A model generated the notes under the pieces. It saw only the letters and a program-made list of their open reading frames with translations, was not told the DNA's origin and did not search any database. Of a stretch of DNA of 64,000 nucleotides, positions 22,763-36,560 are shown piece by piece. Location: NCBI GenBank assembly GCA_030141605.1, contig JAQGDQ010000623.1, forward strand, positions 44,361 through 108,360. Reading direction: 5' to 3'. The position numbers and the translations under genes were made by a program. Source of the DNA: Tubiluchus corallicola. Taxonomy: Eukaryota; Animalia; Priapulida. Numbering within the stretch: position 1 is the first letter of the stretch; every line of letters begins with the position of its first letter.

Positions 22763-23808
22763 TTAAAGCCTCTGTTCCGAATAGATCATTTTTGCTAAAT
22801 GTTTCGTTGTTTTGCCTCTTGGAAGGAAAGAATCTTCCTCTATGAAGAATCTTCCTTCCCTACTAGAGGTTTTACATGTCAAATGTGTCTTGGTAACTCA
22901 AATGTAGACTTAGGTAGTTCAAATGTGTTAACAATTTCAAGAAATATTAAGCGTTTTTGGTAAGTCAAATGCATGTCAAGTCAAATGTGACTGGTATTAT
23001 TTGTCAGGATAAGTGGTAAAGTTTAAGGATGTTAAATTTAATCTTCTTTAATTTCAATTTAATTATTGCTCTTAAAATAACAACGTTATAGGTTCACTAA
23101 TATTCTGCAAACTTTACATACCATTGGAACTGTTAGAGAAAACAATACATTCTTAAAATAAACAATGTTTCTTGACAGAAACTAATTCATTAACGCAGTG
23201 CTAATGCATTACTGAAAAAACTAATTAGTGATTCATTGCTTATTGGGAAGTGGGAACCGATTTATTCTTTTCTGCCGACATTTTTTGTTGACAAAAATAT
23301 GAGAATTAGCATCATGACCATAAAATATAATTTTAAATTGGTTTTATCTTTTTGTAATTTGCACCTAAATGAGTTAATTACTGATTTATTCAAAATACCG
23401 CATCTACATTTGACTTACCTAAGTCACATTTGAGTTACCAAAACACATTCGAAATATCTATGTCTACATTTGACTTGCCTGTGTCTACATTTGACGTGTA
23501 AAACCTATAGAAGATTCTTCTTTTTTATTGTCCGCTTGTTTTTCCTTCCAAGAGGCTGTACTACTGAGTGCAATTGTTTGATACAAATTACCTCACTAAA
23601 ATGTACAATTCTTGCCAAACGTTTGCCAGTATTATCTCTAGGAAAGGAAAATAAGCAGACAATAAAAAAGAAGAATCTTTTTGTAGAAAAGGAAGACTCT
23701 TCCAAAGAGGATGATTCTTCTTTTTTATTGTCTGCTTGTTTTCCTTTCCAAGAGGTGATACTGGGGAAAAGTTTGGTAAGAATGGCCTGTTCTAAACAGA
23801 GACTTTAA
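22763..23808. mobile_element. TTAA-flanked foldback MITE with a second TIR element nested at 22863-23510
   Basis: Outer ends TTAAAGCCTCTGTT...CCTCTTGGAA and TTCCAAGAGG...AACAGAGACTTTAA. Inner TIR AGGTTTTACATGTCAAATGT / ACATTTGACGTGTAAAACCT with extended subterminal inverted repeats. Confidence 0.7.
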
Positions 23809-24352
23809 CGTTAGTGTGTAGTGTGTACATACAGGGTAAAGTTAAAGGGCATTTTAACCGCATGCAACACAGAGGCTTGCACATAGAGGGCGTTCAGAAA
23901 AAAAGGTCTTTCAAATAAACCTTTTCACATTTCCAGAAATTGATGATGATCATGATCAAAGGTGAAAGGTTATGTGTACCAGACAACGCATTTGCATACA
24001 CTTGACAACACCTCATAGCCCATGTTATTGCAATAGTAACAGTTTTAACGGTTAGCTATAACCTTACTTAGTTCATTTTTTCTTGTTCCCAAACAAGATC
24101 CTGCTAGTAAATCACTCTACGCACCGACCAATGCATAATTAAGTAAAGTTCGTGTAAAACAACTGAAGTTACTGAACTGATGTGGCTAACAGCTTTGCTT
24201 TACGTGATGCGTTGGTGATTTAGTTAAGATGCGTTGCTGTGATGCACTTGACCTTTGACCTACAGCAACTGCGCGTGCGCACACCGAAACCAAGCCTTAT
24301 GCCATCGATATTCTTATCTATTTACAAGAAATATTCTTTTTCTTCGTTTCAG

Positions 24353-24422
24353 TTTACGTAAGGTGAAAATGGATCAGCGCAAGTTGTTGGATAATGCAAA
24401 CTCGCTCATAGATCTAGCAAAG
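24353..24422 (+). CDS. KCNN: SK channel 70-bp exon, end of the CaMBD (absent from the ORF track)
   Basis: tttcag|T TTA ... AAG|gtaatc. Translates (S)LRKVKMDQRKLLDNANSLIDLAK; phase 2 in, phase 0 out. Confidence 0.96.
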
Positions 24423-24889
24423 GTAATCTCTTAACGCGCCATAAATAATCCCGTTTATTTGCCATTATCAAAATATCTCCTCCTGGCATGTGTGTGTGAC
24501 GTCATCACTTAAGATGCATGCTTCAGGCTATGACGTCACTACCTCAGACGCATGATTATCTTTTAGTTGTAATCTTACTTGAGTCAAATCCAGCAGCAAA
24601 TGGAACCCACTTGAGTAATTGTTGCTACCTGTGATACTGACTGCAGTGTTTAGTAAACTATCTATAAATCTGCACGACCTTTTGTTAGTCTAGAATATCT
24701 TAATCCTTCTTGTCCTTTGCTAATATCCTGGAAACGCTGGTCTAAACTTAGAATGATAAGCTTGAATACAAGATTCAGGATGAATATTAAACAACACGAA
24801 TGTTGTCATCACCATTATCATCGTTATCATTATCACCGTCACCCTGATCATCATCATCTTTATTATAATCATCATAATCATCATCATAA

Positions 24890-25985
<1,096 letters not shown>

Positions 25986-26678
25986 CACTGGCTATCATAG
26001 CTTTCATTTTTCCCAGTAATAATGTTATCCTATGTTTACTACGAATTCCGCCTTGGCTCGCTAATAATGACAACAACGAAGCTACACAAACACCTTACTA
26101 CATTATACTCCTAGGATGTAATTACCATCACAATCCCATAGTTCAATAGCTCAGGAACACAAGAACGTGCATTAATCGACTGACTGACTTCGTTGTAGAG
26201 ATACATCAGCAATTTCTAAATAACTCTCTGACTCGGCCAGTTTTCCCAAAAGGGAAATATTAGATCTTGCATACAAATTGTTTGATAACTATTATCTGAC
26301 AATGTAATGAGCAGCTACTACTACAAGTATGACGTCACTGTGGGGTTTCAAGTCAAATCTACATTTACATCTATTGACCTTTACGTCTAACACTTTGAAG
26401 CCCAGATCATATCATTATGACAGGCAGTTACATATTCAGTCCACCCAGCAATACTATAAAAAAGTCTCCAGTTGTTCTTTAGTAACACTTAATAAGGCAG
26501 CATCATAATAACGAACATTTTTTAATAACGCTTAATGGACAGTGACAGCATCGTAGTAACGAAGAATGTTTTTCTATAATGTATTAAATTGAAAAATAAC
26601 AGCATCATAGCAACGAACAATGGTCTTTAACAATGTTTATAGGCCTATATAACCCATGCAGACATTGGAGCTTTGCTA

Positions 26679-27384
26679 CAGCTTCGACGACGGCACCAAT
26701 TGCGGCGATCTATACATCAAACGAAAGGTCTCGATCTAGTGTCGTCTCATTGGGGGTTTATTTTTCGAATGGGGCCCACCGCGAGGAACGGGGGGGGGGG
26801 GAACCTCCAAAAATGGCCATTTTTCGGCCGTTTTTTGCAAAAGTTATACGCCTGAGATGTGGAAAACGGGAATGGGCCGAGGGTGGTGCTGACTATGGAT
26901 AGATAGCCCGTTCAGCGGTGGGTGTAGTAGGCATATTTAGAATTCGCGAGAGGGCCACGGCGTCCCGCAACGGGCGTTTTCCCGGACCCAACTCGCGATT
27001 TTTTCGGAATTTTGACCAAACAGCATGCGGAAAAAACGTTCTAGCGGCGCCTGGTGGGACTCTCGGAAGGAGATATAGGGCTCTTTAGAAAGAGCAAGAA
27101 CAGGGCTACACGATGATGTAGGCTACATTTTAGGACACGTCCACTGAGAGGAGTAGCGAGGAGTTAATTACATGTTCTATTTTCGGCAATTTTCGCTTAG
27201 AAAACTGCCGACGCAAAGTCATTGTTGTGACGTCATCCATTGTACTTTGTCTATAATCTTATAACTTTAATTCAGTAAAAGCTGCCTGCTGGCTTTGCGT
27301 TGGATAAACCGACAAACACTAGGTAGGATGTTCGCGCATTTTTGATTACACGTGTAAATTTATACGCAAAATTTTTTGCAGGGC
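26679..27384. mobile_element. CpG-rich 706-bp insertion with 8-bp TSD and no terminal inverted repeat
   Basis: CTTTGCTA at 26671-26678 and 27385-27392. The flanks rejoin to reproduce the uninterrupted repeat copy at 10045-10300. Confidence 0.75.
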
Positions 27385-28519
27385 CTTTGCTATTTGCTAT
27401 GATTACACAAAGAATTCATAGTTATTATTATGTAAACAAAGGAAACTTATGAATTAAGTAACTTATCTTTTTCTGGCGAATTACGGACGCATGCATTGCT
27501 GTAAAGGTCGCCATGTTTCGCGTCTTTGACGTGAGCGAGCAAGAATGACATACGAGGTGCAGAAAGTCTTTGTTAGGGATGTTTGTTTACCGATCTTTAG
27601 TGACCTCGTGACTGCACTCATTACGTCATTCGTCTCGCGCAACGAAAAATGGCGGTTCTTCAAATTTAATACCGCTAACAATGAAGTGATAAAAAATCAG
27701 AAGAAACAAGTTTTACAGCAAGTTTATAATAAAATAAATTGAACATTCGTAATGAGAGTAGGATTTTAGGTTGTAAAAGCTTATATTATGGTGAGGGTTT
27801 AGTTTTAGTTAGAATGACTGCAACAAAAACTTGTCTTGCATTTCGATGCATAAATCAATGGCTGACTGTATAGGGTACGTACGATGTGACCAAGAAAAGG
27901 CTCTTTTTGTAAACAAATTCATAATAAGAAACGACTACATTAGATAGGTCATGCATTAAAATTGTCTGAGGCATTTCCACTTCCTATAGCAGACTTAGGA
28001 TTGATGTAAAGATACACCTAAAATACACCAACACAAATTTATATGTGACAGGTTGCAATGTGATTGCTGTCGGCCATTTTGTTTTATTGTTTTAGTAAAT
28101 TTTTCAGCTGTGTTAATTCCTTTTCTTGTGCCATTTTCTGCTTCTTTTGGTAGACAATAAAGATCAGATTAGTTTGGTAGTCTTTCTCTATCAGATTTTC
28201 TGAGAAGTTCGTCCCTTCATGTCTAAACTGTCCCTCTCAGTTCACAGCTGTTCAGTTGTGATGTAGTGAACACTATCAAGCGCTCATGCGTGAGCACAGC
28301 TGTAAACTAGAAATTTGACGAATTTTTATGTATCACTTTGAATGCTGTACAACAGCACTGTAGTTCAATTTTCGCTTTCTGCAACGCTTGCTGTATGTAT
28401 AGTTGTGTTGTCGTCACTAGTTGGGCTCACAAACAGACAGTTAGGCAGACAAACAAACAAGCAAGCAAACAAACAAACAAATAAAGTTTCATTCAATTAA
28501 GTGTTCATGTCCTCTTTCA

Positions 28520-29900
28520 AACGCATCAATTTTTGTTTAATGGGTCTTCCTGCCCATTTTCATGGAAATCTTTTTTGCAGATTTTTGTAATTTATAAACT
28601 TTTTTCCAACATTTCAGGGCAGATCTGGATACTTTTCAACTTCAACTGGTGTATACATCTCAAATCAAGCTACATTTCTCGAGGTTTGGCCAATGCATAA
28701 CATTAAACTATACAGTTCAGTTGTGTCTTTCACGAAACCCTTGGCTGGAAATGGGTCACGTGATTCCTATCTGCACTCCCACGAATTATTCTCTTACATG
28801 AAAATCCCCTTCTCTATCCAACTTAAAATATTTTACAGGGTGAAGAAATGGTATAGTGAATTGCTATTTAAGATGTTTTCTGAGATTCACTGAATGCTTG
28901 TGAAGTAAGACCAACATTTCTGTAACTTCCAAAAACTTCTACAGAAAATTCCACCCTCACAAGCCTCATCAGCTGCATTCCAAAAATTCTCAAACATTGC
29001 AGAAATCGTTTCAGTTGTGCAACTGCTTGAGAATTTTCAGACTGCAGCTGATGTGACCAGTGAAGGCAAATTTTTAAAGTGATAATTAATTTTTGTTCCA
29101 GTTTTGTTCTTATTGCTATAACTTCATTGGCTCCCAAACACACTTGTGTTCAAGGAAGCCTATCCTATCTGTGCCATCAACTGTTTTTTAACTTTTCTAT
29201 GTATCTCATTGATATTTTTCACAAACTTCTTTACTGATCTGATTATTTTATTATAATAGCGTTATTTAGCCACCATTTTTTGCAAGGTACAAAAAAACAA
29301 CTAATAGTACAGAACAATTTATCATTGAATGTACTAGTTTATATTTGTATCTACAAATATTTATATTAGTACTTATTACATCAAAGTACAACTGAAACAA
29401 TTGCAAATCTATCACGCTTTCGAAGTTTGGTGTTTTAGGCTCCATACGTCTCACACATCCAGCAGTCTTGACTGCTGAGGTTGGAGCATTGACCAGAAAA
29501 CTCTGGAATTAATTTTTTACATACTGAACCTATCCTGAAAGTCAAAATGGATACATAGAAGATAAAGAACATGCCGTTGATCAGTAATAAACTGAAAAGC
29601 TTTTGAGACATCTGTAAAATGTGTTGCAGTGTTCTGAATTCTGTCAGTCACTCCGACTGTGCTCCTTAACCTTGGGGTGTTGTGTGACACTTATAAGGCT
29701 TTCATACCAAATTTTGAAGGCAATTGTTCAAACAAAACTGTGACGTAATAAATTGTTCTGTAGTACTGCTCTTTATTGTTGTACCTTTGGCAAAAGGTTA
29801 TATGCCACCCTGTACTTAATTCAGTAATCCATTTCTCAACCCGTTGCTCACCATACCCAATTTTCAGACCCATTTTCAGCCGTGTATCGTACAGGAAAGG
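28520..29900 (-). mobile_element. Highly decayed LINE-like relic
   Basis: Minus-strand remnants resemble RPxLEY/C...LESIQ (about 28630-28700) and PQG (about 29670). There are many stops and the boundaries are approximate. Confidence 0.35.
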
Positions 29901-31591
29901 TCGTGTTGCTTTTTAAGTACTAACTTTGAGCCATTGAGTGGGGTCGTGGTGGTTTGAGACTGCTTTAAAGAAACCACCCTCACACCTCGCTAGGCATAGT
30001 AGCTTTAACAAACACCTGTCTACTAATATGCCTGCCTCTGTACTCAAACTGCTCAATTTTTGCTATCTTCTGTTGGTTTGTATGACGTCATCGTGTGGCA
30101 GCCATTTTCTGAATGCATTGTTCTGCTTCTAGAAACGTTTCTAAACTTTTTTTCAGCACCAACATGTAATAATACCCATATTTTCTTGAAATACACAACT
30201 TTTGACGAAGTATTTTTTAAGTAAAATGCTTTTGATCTCTTTTTACTTATTTTTCTCGATGTTGAAACGAGTTTTCCTGTGCGGTTCTCTTCTCTACCAA
30301 ACTATTATGCAAAGAATTGTATACAGTCATGCTATTGGCCAAAACTTGTCACGTGTGCAGGCGTTAAACCTGTAAAATTATCCGTTTCACTTGTCAACAG
30401 ATAACTGTTGTTCAACAAATTATTGTGGTTATTTTTTATGCTTGACTAATTTCTGGTGTTCAGTTTATGTCGCTAGTTTTCATGCTTTACAATCTTTACT
30501 AATAGCTGTATTATCAAGATTTCTTTTTATTTTGCAATTTGAATTATTGCTCAGTTAATGCATGATGGGTCTTTAATTAGCATGTGGCGCTGCATGAAAA
30601 TACGGGAATTTTTGGGAAAGTCTCATAACTACATTTCAATCTTTGTAAAAAATGCGCCAAACAAAATTCTTATATAAGCTCATATTTTGCATTTCAAGTA
30701 TATACACCAAATTCTTTTTACTCTGATTTATTAAATTTTCCTTCAAATGTATCGCTTAACTTATTCATGTAATACAATATGTCAGCTCTGCAATTATTAT
30801 AACCGTATAGGACTTATAGGTTAGTAAACTTACTAGCACTGTAGGTACCTACTTGAAGGTCCTTATAGGACTCATAGTTAGTAAAAATTAAGAGAAAATC
30901 TTTAAGCGAACTGCTTATTTATTTGATGAAATTTAACCCATTCTTATATTTCTTTCTCTATTTTTTACTTTTCAATAGTTTCCATCTATCGATAATAATT
31001 TAAAAATAACTACTTTTATCGAACTCTAATACGCATGGTGAAGCAAAGTTAATTTTTCAAAAGAAGCAAAAGATGCTTGCTAATAATGCTACAAATGCTA
31101 GTGGACAGAATATACGCTAAACAAGATATGCTGCACTTGCCATTGCTACTTTATGTTGCACCTCAATAAATTTTTAGAATCGTTGGAGCTCTTAACAGTA
31201 AACACGTTGAAATTATGAGAAGTATAAATAAACAATGAGAATAAGATAAAAACCAGACAAACTCATTTCTCAGTGGTCTTCATTTTCAGTTTTCACAGCT
31301 GCACTGAAGTGCGCAGAAATAGTTGCAATCATAACAACAGCATTATTCGTTTAGCAGCCACTTGGTCAACTGGCATTTTCAGTATTATAAATACCTCAAC
31401 TTATTAAGTCAAAATTGACATATGTAAGCCAACTACCCTTACAATGATACTTAATATTGAAATTTCTACTCTTTCTTGTCTGACTTTCGTGGTAAATATG
31501 AAAGGCATGTAAAATTCCGCTACGCATAGTGTATTTTTAGTTACTTTGCTTCTTTGTTACGAGTTTTGTTGCGCATCTCCGCTCTGGAAAA

Positions 31592-32100
31592 ATGGCGGAT
31601 TCAGTTTCGAAACGCAGATTTATTGTAGTGCCTAGTGCAAAATTACTAGAACATAGGAATGGCCTGGCAGCTGTTAGTCAAAATTACTGCAGCTGACACT
31701 GGAAAGCTTTTTAGTTGGAATCTGGGGGCTGAAAATAAACCCTACCTCACTAGCTGGTGTGCTAAGTAAAACAGCTAACAGCTGCAGTGGACCTGTTCTT
31801 AGTGCAGAAAGCAATGAATGTTAAACATTTACTTCATCTAAGTACTGTGGGGCCCTACCCGTCGTGCCCATATCATGAGAACTTTTGTAATGACCGTTTT
31901 AATTTCCAAAATTTATTAGTTCTTTAAGTCGACTATGTTCACAGTTTTGTGTAGTTTTTCTGAAGGAAAACCCTCATTTCAACCACAAACCGCACAAGGC
32001 AATGCTGCCTTTTCAGGGGTTATACAGCGTAATAAATGAATGCAGGTCTTCACATGAATTCCCTCAGTCGCTTTCATGTCTGAGGAAAATTCGAAGTTTG
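31592..32100 (+). pseudogene. Possible decayed Crypton-like (tyrosine-recombinase transposon) ORF start
   Basis: MADSVSKRRFIVVPSAKLLEH...AVSQN(T)AADT..LFSW resembles the RF...EL...AVPKNT...T....F..W N-terminus of animal Cryptons; frameshifted. Confidence 0.3.
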
Positions 32101-32737
32101 AATTTTAATTAGTACTCCCTGATTAGAAACAAATTAACAAAATAATATGGATTAACTGAGCAAGCTAAGAAGCCTTTTATCTACATCGTCGCTGGTATGG
32201 CTTCATTTAAGCTCATGTGCGCAGCATCTTTCACACGCATGTCGCAGCTGCCATCTGGTGGAAGTAATTAAAATAATTTTAACATTATGCGTGTTTTTGT
32301 TATCCTTGGTCAGTTTGTTTGTTTTCTTACAGCATGTTATCTTTGTTGGCGTTGTTCTTTTACAATTTTCTCCATCTATTTTTCTTTATATTTTAAAAAA
32401 TTTATTTATGATAATTTTGAGTTCAACGAGCAAAATTATGTAATGCTGGTTAGAAATATTTCTTGTTTATAATGTTTATCTACAAACATGTAATTTGTAA
32501 TTGTGCATTCAAAAAGGCCTTTTTGTGAAATACTTATCTTATTTGAAGTTGAACTTCATGAAGTTCGACATCTTAGTTCAGCTCCTGTTACTGAGTCAAA
32601 CATTTATAGTCTGTACCAGCAAAAATGTAACAAAAATGTACTAAAGGTACTAAAAAAAATTGTTTGAAGAAATAGATTCAGTTTAATTTGTTCTACTTTT
32701 TACTGATGCTAAATCATGAATGTTGTTTTTGCTTCAG

Positions 32738-33238
32738 ACTCAGACGTCGGTTTACGAAATGGTGTCGGAACTATACGGTCAACACAACATTGTCACCGGC
32801 CGAATGGAGCGAATTGAGCAGACAATGGATGACATGCAAAAACGTCTGGATACCATGCCAATCCTGATAGCCAAGCAATTACAACAGCAGCCGTTTCCAT
32901 CCAAGCGGCAGAACAACGCTAGAGCTCCAACCATCCCCAGGCAGTCGTCACTGAACATGCCTAGTGACTCGCAAGCTCGGGCGCAAATGAACCGCGATGC
33001 CTTACCTCGTCAAAGTAGCCTCCAACAGTATCCCCTGCCCAGACAGAGCAGCTTGGGGTCACAATACACGCAGAACAGTCCCAGACTGAGTGCAAGCCCC
33101 GAGCTACCCAGGCTCAATTTCAGCAGTGTCCCGGAAATGCAGAAGCACAGCCCCACGCCTAGTCCTCCAGGCGATAGGGGTCCTTCTCCACCTAGGCAAC
33201 TTTCTGAAGTAAAAGACGATGTTTTTGATTATGATTGA
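32738..33238 (+). CDS. KCNN: SK channel terminal coding exon: coiled coil plus Pro/Ser/Gln-rich tail
   Basis: cttcag|ACT CAG in phase 0. TQTSVYEMVSEL...MERIEQTMDDMQKRLDTMPILI matches the SK C-terminal coiled coil; TGA at 33236-33238. Confidence 0.92.
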   Translation, partial: TQTSVYEMVSELYGQHNIVTGRMERIEQTMDDMQKRLDTMPILIAKQLQQQPFPSKRQNNARAPTIPRQSSLNMPSDSQARAQMNRDALPRQSSLQQYPLPRQSSLGSQYTQNSPRLSASPELPRLNFSSVPEMQKHSPTPSPPGDRGPSPPRQLSEVKDDVFDYD

Positions 33239-36200
33239 CAGCAGTGACGTGACAATGATTGCAACAGTTGTATAATACCGGTGCTATGTTATTACAAGAG
33301 CCTTTTGTGGTGAATCCCAAAACAACAAGTTGGGACATGCAGAAAAAGATTTCCTCTACTGCTGTCCCCGACTGTTGTGCATCGTGTGTTGATGCTCAAA
33401 TAAATAGCGGCCTTTACGTAATTGGTATAAAGTGGTGCTGACTGTGCCTGATCTGATAATTGTGCCTGATGCAGTGGGAGAAAGGAGGTCTGGTCCAATG
33501 GTATACCCAGTGCAAGAAGGGGAGGTCTGCTCCAGTCCGGGGTGGTGGACTCAATTGTCATTCCAGGCTCTTTGTAAGGGGCAAGAGGTATTCAAGATTA
33601 ATCTGAGCACAGAAGCAGCAGCAATACGAAAGTGCCAACCAGAATGAAAGTCTTTGGCATATGATGTTTGCCATGAATGTCATGGAATGGAAGTAAGCCA
33701 ATTGTGGCAGAGATGTTGGAGCTCTTGAACAAGTTGTGCCGAACTGCAGCTATTGCTGGCGAGGGTCGATTGAAGTTCGATCATTCAAAAGACATAGGAA
33801 ATGGCCTTGATGAGCAAGTTCAGACAAAGGTGATTCCTGACGAGCTCTTGAACTAGATGGTGCTCCAGTCCTCAATGCCAGAGAATTGGTCACAGAAATG
33901 TTTGTCAGTGAGCATAAGCAGGATAATGAGGATGTGGTAAATTTAGGTTGCATGTACCCAGATGAATACAGAGAAGATGACACTGTGCTATTTGCAAGTT
34001 CGGAAAAGCCAAAACTATGGCAACGGAGACAGTTCCAACAGTTCTGTTGGAGGAAGCGACTCTTGTAATGTCACAAGTTTGTGTATGTAACTAGGTGGGG
34101 CAGTAACTTAGGATATGCATCAGGTTATCAGTCCAAAAGGACCTCGTACAAGTCAGGCGGCATCTGATGTCATTAATGACCTAAAATCATGCCAAATGGC
34201 TTTTAACTTTTCAATTTCATTAAATTAACAATCTGCTCACATGAATGCATGTACAGCATTTCTCGATTTTTACATTGTCACTCTTAAAGGTGGTGTTATT
34301 ATTAATATGACCATGTTGTAATGTGGCTACCCCCGTACCCTTTATGTTGCCAGTCAGGATTTGAACTAGATTAATTTTACATTTGTATCTAATAATGATT
34401 ATCTAATTGCTATGTGATTTAAGATGTTTCTGTGATAAAGTTTTAGCGCTTCATGATAATGTACTCTCTACAAACAGAATTTTTTGGATTTTCATGGGTT
34501 TCCGTCAGGCAAATTTCACCCAGTTTTATATTAATTGTAATTTTTCGATAATTGTATTTGTACATGATTTATGCAGAATTATCTGGCTTTGTTAACTTTG
34601 AATCTTGCCTAGAATCAAATTTTTGCCTCTTTTAATTCTATACATGCCTTTTGTAAGTGAGATTACATAAAAGTGGTGACACTTATTTACAGTAACAATA
34701 TAATCACTGAATTATGATACAAATTCATGAGAAAAATGCTTGAAATAGGCAGCTGTATGAAACTGTAGTTAGTTCTGTTCAATACCTTAGTGAAAGAGAC
34801 TAAGCAACAAAAATTTGACTCCTGTACCCCTCTGAAATTTTGTGCCCTTCAAATTGAAGAGAAAAATGCACAAATAACAGAAACACCACAGTTTATATGC
34901 AAGATATATGTATATTCTGGTGTGCTACAAGGATCATTTCTAGTACCATTGTTTATTCTGATCTTTGTTAATGACCTGCCAGAAAATGCTGTACAATACA
35001 GATGTAAAAGTGGAGTCGAGGCTTTTATGGTAGTAAGTCCTTGTATGGTGGTAGACTAGTCTCGAAGCCTCATTTCAAATATGTCCAGTTGTCGACTTAT
35101 GACCTGTTTGACCACATCCGGTGTTCTGACTGACTAGTCGAATTTCTGTGTGGCCGCTTCACTTTTTCTTCATTGCAATTCAGTGGTCACTAAACTAATG
35201 TATTCAGTTCTGGTATGCAAAGTCAGCTGCACATCAAAATACCCTGTTCATATCTTAACTGGTGTTATGCATGTTGCATAAGGGATTTTATCGATGTAAA
35301 AGTAAGCATTTGAAAACTATAATGGTGAAAGTGCATGTACAGTATTGTTTTGCACAAAAACGGTTACTTCACACCCTGGAAGACGATGTCCAGTAGTAAA
35401 CAACAAGTAATGCCACTTCAGATGTAGTTAATCTAGCCGGATTATGACCTTTTGGAACCCCCAGGCTAATGAAATGCAGGGTACTTTTAGACGGAGCCAC
35501 CCTCACTCGCCCACACCCGGTTTTAATATTTTTTGCTCGTGATATATTTTTCAGTTATTTACATAACTTGAAGTGAACTTACTGCAAGCTCTTTAAATAG
35601 ACTATAATAGCTATCTTTTGCTTGTCAATATAAAATATTCTTTAAGAAATACCACTATACTATTGTACAGTACTATTTATTCCAAACCAAATTAGCACGT
35701 ATTTCAACACAATCGTAGTGAAAAAAACAGAGTTCTTAGCAAATGTTACTAAAACTTGAGGGCCCTACGCTGTAGCCTGAAGTATAATCCAGCCTTGATT
35801 GTAACTCATTATGACAATCACACAAATAATGAACAATTTTATTATTCACAGTCAATAAGGCAATTCCTTGTTTTTCATTTTGCATTGATTTTAGCTATAT
35901 TTTCAATCAGACTGTAATTCAAAAGCACTTGTATGTAAAGGATCGTGTTAAATTATAATATTCAACTTTCTTTGAGTTTAGTTACAATTGGCACTAGTTT
36001 ATGAGTCCTATACCAAACACAAATAAAATGGAACTGGCTAAATAACATCGAGGTTGCTAATAATTGTTTTAAAATAGACTCCAAAGTTCATGTCTTTTAA
36101 AACACAATTTTTACTTTCCGCTATGTCTGCAGTACAACATACTTTATAAGGTTGTGTTCAGCTAACCAATTAGCCGTTGACTTTGGCTTTTTTAAATTAA

Positions 36201-36560
36201 TTTTTAATTGCATGCTTGTGTGGATTGACAGCAAAATTTGAGCTAAAGAGAGTGAATTTTGTTTTAACAAACGTGTAGTTGTAGTGTGTAGTTGTTTTCA
36301 TTATTATTGTTATATAGGTTTTATAGAAGCACGATAATTATTATAGCGTTTTTTTTCAAAATGGCTGCTTTTTTGGTTCTTCTGATTATTACATATTAGG
36401 CTATAAAATAATTATGAATAATGATGAATAATAATGAATAACTGGTTGTGTACACTATGTAAATACTTGCTTCGTCTTTGTATTATATTCTATTACTCCC
36501 AGTTGTTATTGGTTTGTAATTACAGTTTAAATAAAAGTTTGCATTTTTGAACTTTCACTT
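33239..36560 (+). other. Probable long 3' UTR of the SK gene, with candidate polyA signal AATAAA at 36530-36535
   Basis: Largely repeat-poor sequence after the stop. The AATAAA is followed by a U/GU-rich tract, and dispersed repeats resume after about 36600. The end point is inferred. Confidence 0.4.
34900..34990 (+). mobile_element. Decayed LINE RT fragment in the presumed SK 3' UTR
   Basis: SGVLQGSFLVPLFILIFVNDLPE motif. Confidence 0.55.

Noticed and set aside
22444-24352. 9-nt alternative exon equivalent to the vertebrate SK2 CaMBD insert
   Set aside because: No convincing AG-9nt-GT candidate with a pyrimidine tract was found.
26633-26902. 89-aa ORF as a transposase or host exon
   Set aside because: It starts outside the insertion boundary, has no recognisable motif and spans a G homopolymer.
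33236-33250. Stop-codon readthrough or selenocysteine extension of SK
   Set aside because: A second in-frame TGA follows two codons later and a third soon after; no SECIS is recognisable.
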